Positions 37,962 to 46,771 of a stretch of DNA of 64,000 bases are shown here, one piece after another. A program made the position numbers and the translations under genes. How positions within the stretch are numbered: the stretch's first letter is position 1; the number at the start of each line of letters is the position of its first letter. Below the pieces are notes generated by a model, which did no database searches, was not told the origin of the DNA, and was given only the letters and a program-made list of their open reading frames with translations. This stretch comes from Calditrichales bacterium. Lineage in GTDB: Bacteria > Calditrichota > Calditrichia > Calditrichales > J004. The stretch lies in NCBI GenBank assembly GCA_965267575.1, contig OZ254086.1, forward strand, positions 1,152,001 to 1,216,000. The letters run 5' to 3'.

Positions 37962-38624
37962 TCAGGAGCGGCCGGAAAATTTGGAGACGGCATCCGCAAA
38001 GGCAGATAATTTCAGGGGATCCAGACGGTCGTTGCTGCGGATGCCGCTGCAGATGTCCACGCCAAACGGCTGCACTTCCCGTAAAGCATTGCGCACATTG
38101 GATGGGTTGAGGCCCCCGGCAAGTAATACAGGTTTTTTAATGGTCTGAACAATACGCCGGCTGATCTGCCAGTTGTGGGTTTGGCCGGTTCCTCCCAGGG
38201 TTTTTTGCGCATCCGCGGGACGCCCCGAATCCAGCAACAACCAGTCGGCAAATTGCGCCACTCTGCGCGCTTCGGCCAGTGCGGTTTCATCCCAGACATG
38301 AAGCACGCCAACCAGTTTCACCGGGCCATCCAATGCCGCGCGCAGTTTTCGCCACTGCGCGTCCGTAAGCGTATCGCACAGTTGGATGGTGCTGGTGGAA
38401 CAACGCGCATGCTGCCGGGCAATTTGTTCTGCACCAGTCAGGCTCGTCAGCAGAAAAGTATCAAGGCGTCCCCTGTATTCTGCGGCCAGTTCGGCAATCA
38501 CGTCTTCGCTGATCACGCCCGGACCGCTGGGCATGGCAGAAACCAGGCCGATGGCATTTGCACCGGCTTTCCGCGCAAGCTCGGCTTCATCGCGGTTTTT
38601 TATGCAACATGTTTTGATGAACAT
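37962..38624 (-). CDS. trpF: Phosphoribosylanthranilate isomerase (TrpF family)
   Basis: IKTCCI, GANAIGLV, LLLDSG, GGTGQTHNW, LAGGLNPSNV, PFGVDICSG. Confidence 0.85.
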   Translation of the reverse strand: MFIKTCCIKNRDEAELARKAGANAIGLVSAMPSGPGVISEDVIAELAAEYRGRLDTFLLTSLTGAEQIARQHARCSTSTIQLCDTLTDAQWRKLRAALDGPVKLVGVLHVWDETALAEARRVAQFADWLLLDSGRPADAQKTLGGTGQTHNWQISRRIVQTIKKPVLLAGGLNPSNVRNALREVQPFGVDICSGIRSNDRLDPLKLSAFADAVSKFSGRS

Positions 38625-38631
38625 AGGCAAA

Positions 38632-38837
38632 GTGGATGGGTGAATTTTTGAATTGCTGAATGAATGAACTTTTTTGCGTTTTTAAACCAATTTGCCGCTA
38701 TCACGCAATATATTCTGAAACGAGTTCAGAATGACGACCATCGCATCATGCTGAATTTATTTCAGCGTCCCGGATCATGATCATGGCTCGCCTATACGCA
38801 CGTTAACACTTTAACACACCAACACCTTAACACCTTA
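38632..38837. repeat. Intergenic repeat cluster: 8-mer tandems flanking a family II palindrome pair
   Basis: (NTGAATNN)n at 38632-38671. ATATTCTGAAACGAGTTCAGAATGAC and TCATGCTGAATTTATTTCAGCGTC at 38710-38769. (CACNTTAA)n at 38799-38837. Confidence 0.75.
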
Positions 38838-40595
38838 TCAAATCCTCGCCTGGTAGGTGTAAAGCTGGTAATAGCGTCCTTCGTTTTTAATTAGATCTTC
38901 ATGCTTGCCGCGTTCCACGATCTCACCATTTTCGATGACGAGGATCTGGTCGGCGCGGCGGATGGTGCTGAGGCGGTGAGCGATGACGAATACCGTACGC
39001 CCCTTCATCAGAAATTCCAGCGATTGCTGGATGTATTTTTCACTCTCCGTGTCCAGGTTGGAAGTAGCTTCATCCAGGATAAGGATGCGCGGATTGGCCA
39101 GCAGCGCCCGGGCAATGGCCACACGCTGACGCTGTCCGCCGGAAAGCTTAACACCACGCTCACCGATCAGCGTGTTCAAACCCTTTTCAAAGCGGGCGGT
39201 AAATTCATCCACGTAGGCGGCCTTTACCGCTTCCTGTAATTCTTCTTCCGTAGCATCGGCGCGGGCAAACATAATATTTTCCCTGATCGTCCCCTCAAAC
39301 AGGAAATCATCCTGCAGGACAACACCGAGATACCTTCGGAAGCTGGGGAGCGTTACCGCGCTCAGGTCGCGGCCATCAATGCAGACGTTGCCGCTGTCCG
39401 GTGTCAGAAAAGATGCTGCCAGCCCGGCGATAGTGGTTTTTCCGGAGCCGGAACTGCCCACCAACGCCGTCACCGTGCCCGCCGGCGCGTCAAAGCTGAT
39501 ATCTTTGATAACATCATTTCCGGGTTCATAGGCAAAGCGCACGTTTTCAAATGACATATTGCCGTTTAACCCATCAAGCACAACGGTTCGTTTGGGATCG
39601 TCTTCTTCGCGTTCTTTACGCAGCAGATCTTCCATGCGGTCCAGGCCGGCAAAAGCCTCCGTGATCTGGCTGCCGATATTGCCCATCTGCACGATCGGCG
39701 CGATCATAAAACCGAGATAAAGCACGAACGCAAAAAAGTCACCGATCGTCATTTTACCTTCGATGATCATGTAGCCGCCCATGCCCATCACCGCAACGGA
39801 GGCAATACCCATCAGCATGGTGGCCGAGCTGGTAACAAGACTTGTCGTGGTCAGAGATTTTTTAACATTTTCAAAAAGGCGATCGGCTCCACGCTCAAAT
39901 ACTTTTTCTTCCTGCGTCTCAGCATTAAAGCCTTTGATAACGCGAATCCCGCCCAGCGATTCGGTAAGCCGGCCTGTGACGTCGGCATTGATCACACTAC
40001 GCTCTCGAAAAATGGGGCGTATGTAGCTGAACGATTTCAATGAGATCAGGCCAAAGATTGCCAGCGGGATAAATGAGACCAGCGTCATCCAGACGTTGAT
40101 ATTAAGCAGAATCACCAGCGCCACAATGGCCGTAAGGATACCGCCGAAAAGCTGCACCAAGCCGGTCCCGACCAGGTTGCGCACGCCTTCCGCATCACTC
40201 ATAATGCGCGATACCAGCGCTCCCGATTTGTTATTATCAAAAAAGCGCACGGGCAGACGCATCACCTGCTGTTGCACCTGTACCCGCAATTTAGCGATCA
40301 GGTTTTGTGCTTCCACGCTTAGCAGCTTTACCAACGCGTACGACGTGACAGCCTGTACGGCAACCGCCAGCAGCACGGCAATCAACAACCACTTAAAAAG
40401 CTCAAAGTCGGATTTGGCGATGACGTCATCGATGAGGTACTTGGATGAACCGGGCAAAACGAGACCGGCCAGGCGGTTGATAACGATCAGAACGAGGCCG
40501 GCAAAAAGCAGTTTGCGCCGCGGCCAGACAATTTTACGAAATGCGTAACGGATAGAGTTGACCCGGTCGCGGGTCGCGGAGGTTTCTGTGGACAT
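38838..40595 (-). CDS. ABC exporter, fused permease/ATPase (MsbA/MdlB-like)
   Basis: GSSGSGKTT, LSGGQRQR, ILDEATS, IAHRLST; N-terminal TM domain. Confidence 0.95.
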   Translation of the reverse strand: MSTETSATRDRVNSIRYAFRKIVWPRRKLLFAGLVLIVINRLAGLVLPGSSKYLIDDVIAKSDFELFKWLLIAVLLAVAVQAVTSYALVKLLSVEAQNLIAKLRVQVQQQVMRLPVRFFDNNKSGALVSRIMSDAEGVRNLVGTGLVQLFGGILTAIVALVILLNINVWMTLVSFIPLAIFGLISLKSFSYIRPIFRERSVINADVTGRLTESLGGIRVIKGFNAETQEEKVFERGADRLFENVKKSLTTTSLVTSSATMLMGIASVAVMGMGGYMIIEGKMTIGDFFAFVLYLGFMIAPIVQMGNIGSQITEAFAGLDRMEDLLRKEREEDDPKRTVVLDGLNGNMSFENVRFAYEPGNDVIKDISFDAPAGTVTALVGSSGSGKTTIAGLAASFLTPDSGNVCIDGRDLSAVTLPSFRRYLGVVLQDDFLFEGTIRENIMFARADATEEELQEAVKAAYVDEFTARFEKGLNTLIGERGVKLSGGQRQRVAIARALLANPRILILDEATSNLDTESEKYIQQSLEFLMKGRTVFVIAHRLSTIRRADQILVIENGEIVERGKHEDLIKNEGRYYQLYTYQARI

Positions 40596-40790
40596 AATTT
40601 TTCCTGCGGAGATTGATACAAAGCCCTTTGATGTTCGTTCGGCTCAACAGTTGCATGGATTTTTCAGGAATTCCTTGTAAATTATAGATTTTACAAGATG
40701 AATGTGAACCCGTTTATTTGACCGCTGTTTTATTTTTTCTAAAATCGGTGGCTGTTAGTACGAATGCATTTTTAAAAAGATAAAGGAATT

Positions 40791-41606
40791 ATGAAAAGCG
40801 CAAAACTTATCACCCACAACGGGAAAGCCCACTTTGATGAATTTTTGGCGGTTGCCCTGATCCTGGCCGAACATGATGACACGCACTTTCACATCGAGCG
40901 CCGCGAACCCACGGAAGAGGAATTGGATAATCCCGATATATGGATCGTGGATATAGGCCAGCGTTACCAGCCGGAGCTGAAAAACTTTGATCATCACCAG
41001 GACACCTCACTGAAAGCCAGCTTTGTGCTGGTCGCCGAACACCTGCAAGTGGACCAGTATCTGCGTAACGCGCCCTGGTGGAGCTTCAAGGATGAAATCG
41101 ATCGCCGTGGCGGCTACAAGCTGGCCGATGAGCTGGGACTGGAATCATTGGAACCGCTAAACAGTCCGCTGGAAAATTTTATCCTTGGGCTGTTTGCCGA
41201 AAGTCCTCTCTCCGTCTACCAGCAGATGAAGATGTTTGGCAGGGACCAGATCGAGACCGGCAAAAAGATGGAGCAGCAGATCGAATTCTGGAAAACCTGC
41301 GAACAGTTCATGATTAAGGACAAAAAGGTGCTGCTGGGCCTGACCGACGAAACCATGGGCAGCGTGGAGTACTGCGAAAGCCTGGACGAGCCGCCGGCAG
41401 TGCGCATCACTTATGACGGGCGCGGCGAAGGCTGGAGCCTCTCCACGATAAAAGATGCCGAAGGTGTGGATTTCTCGCTGCTGGAAGGCCATGAAGAGAT
41501 TAAATTTGCCCACAAGAACGGCTTTATCGCCAAAACCAAAAAGCGCATCGCGCTGGAAGATGTGAAAAAGCTGGTGGAAAAAGCGATTGTAAACGGGCAT
41601 TCATAA
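40791..41606 (+). CDS. MYG1-family (DHH-like) hydrolase/exonuclease
   Basis: ITHNGKAHFDE, IVDIG, FDHHQ, FAHKNGFI. Confidence 0.85.
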   Translation: MKSAKLITHNGKAHFDEFLAVALILAEHDDTHFHIERREPTEEELDNPDIWIVDIGQRYQPELKNFDHHQDTSLKASFVLVAEHLQVDQYLRNAPWWSFKDEIDRRGGYKLADELGLESLEPLNSPLENFILGLFAESPLSVYQQMKMFGRDQIETGKKMEQQIEFWKTCEQFMIKDKKVLLGLTDETMGSVEYCESLDEPPAVRITYDGRGEGWSLSTIKDAEGVDFSLLEGHEEIKFAHKNGFIAKTKKRIALEDVKKLVEKAIVNGHS

Positions 41607-41624
41607 GGAGCGTGAGATAGCCCG

Positions 41625-41697
41625 TATTCCTGTTTGGTAATTTTTTAATTGAAGCTTGCTTGTTATTTGTTTTTTTGGCATTTGGCATTTGCTATTT
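41625..41697. repeat. Degenerate 7-mer tandem repeat (ATTTGNN-like)
   Basis: ...tttgttt ttttggc atttggc atttgct atttc. Confidence 0.6.
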
Positions 41698-41768
41698 CAC
41701 ATACTTCTCGCTTTGGCGCTTAATTCGCAATTTTTCTATATTGCTTCGAAACACATGCGGAGCACAAT

Positions 41769-42428
41769 ATGAAGCGCATTCCAGAGCCACAATTAATGGA
41801 CATGGAAGAACAGGCCAGGGCCTATGCTATGGCCGATTTCAGCGACTCCAACACCCTGTTTGTAGATCTTTTCAAACGCACATTTCCAAAATTTAAGAAC
41901 GGCTTTATCATAGACCTGGGCTGTGGTCCGGGTGATATCACGCTGCGCCTGGCCCGTGCTTTTCCGGAGTGTTTTGTGCATGGCATCGATGGTTCCGCGG
42001 CCATGTTGCGCCACGCCGCCGAGCTTCTGCATCAGTCGCAGCACCTGGAAACACGCGTACGTTTTGTGGAAGCGATAATCCCGGAAGCCGCCATGCCGCA
42101 CACGCAGTACGACGCGATCGTAAGCAACAGCCTGCTTCACCATTTGCACAAACCGGAGCATTTCTGGCAAGCGGTAAAAGAGTACGGCAGGAAAGGCGCG
42201 CCAGTCTTTGTGATGGACCTGTTCCGGCCGGAAAATGAGGCACAGGCCCGCGCCATCTTGGAGCACTATGCCGCCAACGAATCGTCCATTCTGAAAGAAG
42301 ACTTCTACAACTCGCTGGTCGCGTCATTCAGCGAAAAAGAAATCAAGGCCCAGCTTAAAAGGGCCGGACTCAAGCTCAAAACCGGGATCGTCAGCGACCG
42401 GCACATCGCCGTTTTCGGTACACTCTAA
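41769..42428 (+). CDS. Class I SAM-dependent methyltransferase
   Basis: IIDLGCGPG, GIDGSAAML, SNSLLHH. Confidence 0.92.
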   Translation: MKRIPEPQLMDMEEQARAYAMADFSDSNTLFVDLFKRTFPKFKNGFIIDLGCGPGDITLRLARAFPECFVHGIDGSAAMLRHAAELLHQSQHLETRVRFVEAIIPEAAMPHTQYDAIVSNSLLHHLHKPEHFWQAVKEYGRKGAPVFVMDLFRPENEAQARAILEHYAANESSILKEDFYNSLVASFSEKEIKAQLKRAGLKLKTGIVSDRHIAVFGTL

Positions 42429-42442
42429 ATAACAGGCTTTAG

Positions 42443-42979
42443 ATGAATTTATATTTTCGATTGCTTCGCATTTTGTGGAAGTGCTTTCGCGTTAAAAAAC
42501 AACATCCCCTGCAGGCGGCCGTTCTGCAATTCCGCTGCTGGCCGCTTGACTGCGACTTTAACGGCCACATGACCAACGCCCGCTACCCCGCCTTGATGGA
42601 TCTGGGACGCACCTTTTTAACAGCCCAGGCCGGAATCCTGTACAAATCCTACCGCAAAGGCTACTTCGCCATCGCCACCGGGCTGGAGATAAATTTTCTG
42701 CGCGAGATAAAGCCGTTCCGCACCTTTGAGCTGCACACGCGACTGATCGGCTGGGATGAAAAATACTGGTACATCGAACAGGAGTTCAGGGACGGCGAGC
42801 GCTTGCTGGCCAATGCCATGGTGCGCGGATTGTTTGTGCAAAAGGGGCGCAAAGTGGCTTTTGAGGAAGTCAACCAGTTGCTGGACGAACCGGCCTACAC
42901 CCCCACCCTGCCTGAGAAAGCCGTCGCCTGGCGTGAGTTGCAACAGCTAAAAAAAGCAGCGGGAACGGGCCAGGGGTGA
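42443..42979 (+). CDS. Hot-dog-fold thioesterase family protein
   Basis: PLDCDFNGHMTNARY..MDLGR; GWDEK. Confidence 0.88.
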   Translation: MNLYFRLLRILWKCFRVKKQHPLQAAVLQFRCWPLDCDFNGHMTNARYPALMDLGRTFLTAQAGILYKSYRKGYFAIATGLEINFLREIKPFRTFELHTRLIGWDEKYWYIEQEFRDGERLLANAMVRGLFVQKGRKVAFEEVNQLLDEPAYTPTLPEKAVAWRELQQLKKAAGTGQG

Positions 42980-43015
42980 ATAGGCGAATTACTGAACTAC
43001 TGAATTGCTGAATTT
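42976..43015. repeat. 8-mer tandem repeat (CTGAATTN-like)
   Basis: gtgaatag gcgaatta ctgaacta ctgaattg ctgaattt. Confidence 0.75.
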
Positions 43016-43133
43016 GAAATTCTAGTAACGGGATTTCACGGTTTACTGACAAAAACTTCTCCTAAACTGTTTTTATCTTTTTGAGAGAATACTTGCGTTG
43101 CGGGTCTCTATATGGTTTTAAAGCCAAAAAACC

Positions 43134-43490
43134 ATGAGCCCAATGACCCAAAACATCACTACAATTGCCTGCAGCAATGTGACAGATATGATCGCTTTTT
43201 ACTGCGATTTGCTGGGCCTAAAGCTGCTGTATGCCGGCCCGGATTCGGCGGAACTAAAGCTCGGTGAAACGGTGATCCAGTTGCAGGAAACAACCGCTCC
43301 CGCAAAACAGGCGGCAGCTCTGATCATTGAGGTGAGCCACCGCGAGCTGGACTACTGGTACCGTGAACTGCTGCGCCGCTATGTGGAGATTGTCGAAGCG
43401 CCCACCGACCGCGGACACGGCTACCGCGCCATGTATTTTAAAGACCCCCAGGGAAATGTAATCCAGATGTACGCCTACATATCTTTGTAG
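43134..43490 (+). CDS. VOC/glyoxalase family protein
   Basis: AFYCDLLGL; GYRAMYFKDPQGN. Confidence 0.88.
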   Translation: MSPMTQNITTIACSNVTDMIAFYCDLLGLKLLYAGPDSAELKLGETVIQLQETTAPAKQAAALIIEVSHRELDYWYRELLRRYVEIVEAPTDRGHGYRAMYFKDPQGNVIQMYAYISL

Positions 43491-43585
43491 GTTCTTCAGC
43501 CGTTGTGTTGAATCGGGATTTGGTCATCGATAGATTGTTCTGATGATAAAAAACCGATGACCGAACCGGGGAAGACCTAAAAGAT

Positions 43586-44347
43586 ATGTTGTCAAAACTC
43601 AAGAGAACGCTCAAAGGCGACAAACGAAATTTCAGTCACTTCTGTAACACTTACAATCTAACGCTGGATTATGACCTCAATAAAGGCGAGCAGCGTATCC
43701 TCAAGGCCATTTTTGAGGATCGGGAGTACGCCGATTTTTTCCCCTTTTACAAAAAGTCAACCATCCTGGATATTGGCGCCCATTACGGCTATTTCTCACT
43801 TTTCGCGGCACAAAACAGCGCGCAGGGATCACACATCATAGCCGTTGAGCCAGATAATGCCAACTTCAAAATGCTGCAGAAAAATATCGCATCAAGCGGT
43901 TATGAAAACATCACGACGTTGTATTATGCCGTTGGCAGCGAGGACGGCGTTTCGCGTCTTTATCACGGACGAAGCACAAATCATTCGATCCTGCAAAGCT
44001 ACGATCTGTTAAACAAAGACTTACCTTATGATGAAGTAAACAGCGTATCGCTGGAGAAATTGTTCGCGGAAAACAAGATAGAGCAGGTAGATTTCCTGAA
44101 GATGGATTGCGAAGGCGCTGAATTTCCCATTTTAACCTCTACACCCCCGCATGTTTTTGAGAGGATAGAAACGATCTCCATGGAGTTTCACGATCTGCGT
44201 GATCCGGATTATTCCGCCGAAGCACTGCTGCAAATTCTCATTTCGCAGGGCTTTGAGATCGTAAAATACCATTATGAGCGTACGTCGATGAATTTCAATT
44301 TTGGCAAGGTCATCGGCAGCAAGCTTTTCAAGAGGCTGAAAGGTTGA
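43586..44347 (+). CDS. FkbM-family methyltransferase
   Basis: LDIGAHYGYFS, AVEP, FLKMDCEGAE, MEFH. Confidence 0.92.
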   Translation: MLSKLKRTLKGDKRNFSHFCNTYNLTLDYDLNKGEQRILKAIFEDREYADFFPFYKKSTILDIGAHYGYFSLFAAQNSAQGSHIIAVEPDNANFKMLQKNIASSGYENITTLYYAVGSEDGVSRLYHGRSTNHSILQSYDLLNKDLPYDEVNSVSLEKLFAENKIEQVDFLKMDCEGAEFPILTSTPPHVFERIETISMEFHDLRDPDYSAEALLQILISQGFEIVKYHYERTSMNFNFGKVIGSKLFKRLKG

Positions 44348-44551
44348 TCTTTTTTGCGGATGCAACTAACGGCTTTCTTTTATGAGGCCGTTATTCTAAA
44401 ATCGATTTTAATGCTGGAAGCCGAAGCACGTGACAATAAGTTCAGAACTCTTGAGTGCCCGTGCCAAATCTTTTAATCCCATTTGAACCCCTCATTCCTG
44501 TTGTTTTATTTTAGAGCGATTTTTAATCGTTCACGTTTATAAGGAGGCTGT

Positions 44552-45421
44552 ATGGCCCGTGTTGATATAAACGGTAGCCAATTGGAATATTTTGAAGCGG
44601 GAAAAGGCGCGACCGTCGTTTTGGTGCACGGCTCCGCTAGCGACTACCGCACATGGTTCCGGCAGTTAAAAGCTTTCGCCGGGCACTATCGCGTAGTCAC
44701 CTACAGCCGGCGCTACCACTGGCCCAACACTCCCATCGCTGAAGACAAAGAGTACAGGATGGATGAGCAGCTTGATGATTTAGACGCTCTGCTGCAATCG
44801 CTTAATGCTGAAAAGGTTCACCTCGTGGGTCACTCCTATGGCGCGTTTTTAGCTTTGCTGCTGGCCATGCGCCGGCCGCAGATGATACAATCGCTGGTGC
44901 TGGCCGAGCCGCCGGTGTTGACCCTGTTTGTGAGCAACCAACCCAAACCGGCAGAAACGATCAAGCTGCTGCTTACGAAACCGGGCCTGGCTATGGCCAT
45001 CATGCGTTTTGGGGCTAAAGGCGTTGTGCCCGCCGTAAAAGCGTTCAAAGAGGGTGATGACAAAAACGGCCTGAAGATTTTCGGCGACGCTGTTTTTGGA
45101 AAGGGCAGCTATGATAAACTGCCGGAAGAAAGAAAGCAGCGCGTACTGGACAACCTGAGCAATGTAAAAGCTGAACTGTTGGGCCCGGGTTTTGTGCCGC
45201 TGGAAAAAGACAAAATCCGGCAGATAAAAACCCCCGCGTTGCTGGTCCGTGGCTGGAATACCATCCCGCTGTTTGGCCACATGATTGACCAGCTACACAC
45301 ACTACTACCCCAAACCAAACATGCCGCCATCCCGCGTGCCACTCACGCCCCCCATGAAGATAACGGTGAAGCGTTTAACAAGGTCGTCCTGGAGTTTTTG
45401 GGCAAGCAAAGCGGCTCGTAG
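44552..45421 (+). CDS. Alpha/beta hydrolase
   Basis: LVHGS, GHSYGA, ATHAPH. Confidence 0.92.
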   Translation: MARVDINGSQLEYFEAGKGATVVLVHGSASDYRTWFRQLKAFAGHYRVVTYSRRYHWPNTPIAEDKEYRMDEQLDDLDALLQSLNAEKVHLVGHSYGAFLALLLAMRRPQMIQSLVLAEPPVLTLFVSNQPKPAETIKLLLTKPGLAMAIMRFGAKGVVPAVKAFKEGDDKNGLKIFGDAVFGKGSYDKLPEERKQRVLDNLSNVKAELLGPGFVPLEKDKIRQIKTPALLVRGWNTIPLFGHMIDQLHTLLPQTKHAAIPRATHAPHEDNGEAFNKVVLEFLGKQSGS

Positions 45422-45444
45422 CTTTCGCGATGACTAATCTTAAT

Positions 45445-45642
45445 AAACCGATGAATCGGTTGATAGAGGCTTTATTAGGCGGTAAATGCCCATGACTAAA
45501 AGTCATGGGTTAACAAATCCAATTTCTGTGTTTTGGCCGCCGCGCAGAAATAGATTTTTATGGGAAGGTCAACATGGTTAACCCACAACTTCAGTCGTGG
45601 GACCAAATGATACAGTATTAGCCAAAACCGATTCATCGGTTT
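45445..45642. repeat. Composite REP/REPIN-like unit 1 (A-B-spacer-B'-A')
   Basis: AAACCGATGAATCGGTT 45445; CCCATGACTAAAAGTCATGGG 45489; TTAACCCACAACTTCAGTCGTGGG 45578; AAACCGATTCATCGGTTT 45625. Confidence 0.92.
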
Positions 45643-45720
45643 AACACAGCAAGCGCTAGTGCAGGCAATCCGAAAAGAAATATTGTATCTTTTGTGAAAC
45701 TGACGGCAAGGAGCAAAACC

Positions 45721-45900
45721 ATGATCGAACTCAAAGAAAAAGATGACCAAATCCCACTCTGCCCGCACTGTGGCCAGATGCTCAATGAAATCTGGTACCG
45801 CGAACTGAAATCGACATGGGGCAAACGCTACGTCTACTTCTGCTCCATGTGCAAGAAGGTGCTGGGTGTTTCGCACCGCAAGGGCTTTTTTATGGGGTAG
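45721..45900 (+). CDS. Small zinc-ribbon protein (59 aa)
   Basis: RBS AAGGAG before ATG 45721; CPHC...CSMC. Confidence 0.75.
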   Translation: MIELKEKDDQIPLCPHCGQMLNEIWYRELKSTWGKRYVYFCSMCKKVLGVSHRKGFFMG

Positions 45901-45910
45901 GGAGTCTTTT

Positions 45911-46071
45911 AAACCGATGAATCGGTTTGGGGTAGAAGGGTAAACCACTGCGGATTCTCATGATTAAAGTCATGGGTTAATGGTATTAAAAAGCAGGTTT
46001 TAATAACCCACGACTTCAGTCGTGGTATTAAAACATAAACAGCAATTCTCCGGGAACCGATTCATCGGTTT
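45911..46071. repeat. Composite REP/REPIN-like unit 2
   Basis: A 45911, B 45957, B' 46004, A' 46055. Confidence 0.92.
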
Positions 46072-46089
46072 CAAAACGTGGAGGCGACA

Positions 46090-46545
46090 ATGTCAAAAAG
46101 GTCTTACAGCGCCTGTTATTTACATTTTGTCTGGGGCACTAAGAAGCATTATCCACTTTTGTCAAACACAGAAACCAGAAAAAAGCTTTATCATTTTTTT
46201 CGCCAATACCTGAAGGAGAAAGAAATTTTCCTTATCGCCATCTATATCAATCCCGAACACATCCACTTGCTCATTGACTTGCCTACGAATATTACAATCG
46301 AAGATGTTATCAAATTGACCAAGGGCGGTTCATCTCACTGGATAAACCAAAACGATCTCACCAAACTGAAGTTTGCCTGGGCCACAGGTTACGGTGTCTT
46401 CTCTGTTTCAAAGTCCAACCTGGAGCGTGTAAAACGCTACATCGAAAACCAGGAAGAGCATCATAAAAGGAAAACCTTCCTCGATGAGTACCGGGAGTTT
46501 GTTCACAAATATGGGATGGAATTCAGGGAAGAGCAGCCTCTCTAA
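46090..46545 (+). mobile_element. tnpA: IS200/IS605-family HUH Y1 transposase (REP-associated, RAYT-like); no tnpB
   Basis: LHFVWGTK, PEHIHLLI (HUH), KGGSS, FAWATGYGVFSVS, VKRYIENQ (catalytic Tyr). RBS GGAGG. Confidence 0.93.
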
Positions 46546-46546
46546 A

Positions 46547-46745
46547 AAACCGATGAATCGGTTTGCAGTGGTAAAACGCTTGCGTTAAAGCCCCATGACT
46601 AAAGTCGTGGGTTAACAAATCCAGCCCCTGGCACAATCGGGCACAGCATGCGCTTCTCCACAGAGTAGTCAATTTAGCTAATCCGCGACTTCAGTCGTGG
46701 GCTTATGATTTAAACTACATGCGCCGGGAGCCGATTCATCGGTTT
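46547..46745. repeat. Composite REP/REPIN-like unit 3
   Basis: A 46547, B 46592, B' 46679, A' 46730. Confidence 0.92.
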
Positions 46746-46771
46746 CTATAAACTTAACGCCAAGAAAACCC

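Noticed and set aside
43510-43570. AAACCGATGA resembling REP hairpin A
   Set aside because: Only half the palindrome is present and there is no B hairpin; it pairs instead with a local GGTCATCG.
45445-46745. CRISPR array
   Set aside because: Repeats alternate in type and orientation, spacing is irregular, and there are no cas genes.
46078-46770. IS605-type element with TnpB/IscB RNA-guided nuclease
   Set aside because: No RuvC-type ORF lies next to tnpA; the adjacent small zinc-ribbon ORF lacks nuclease motifs.
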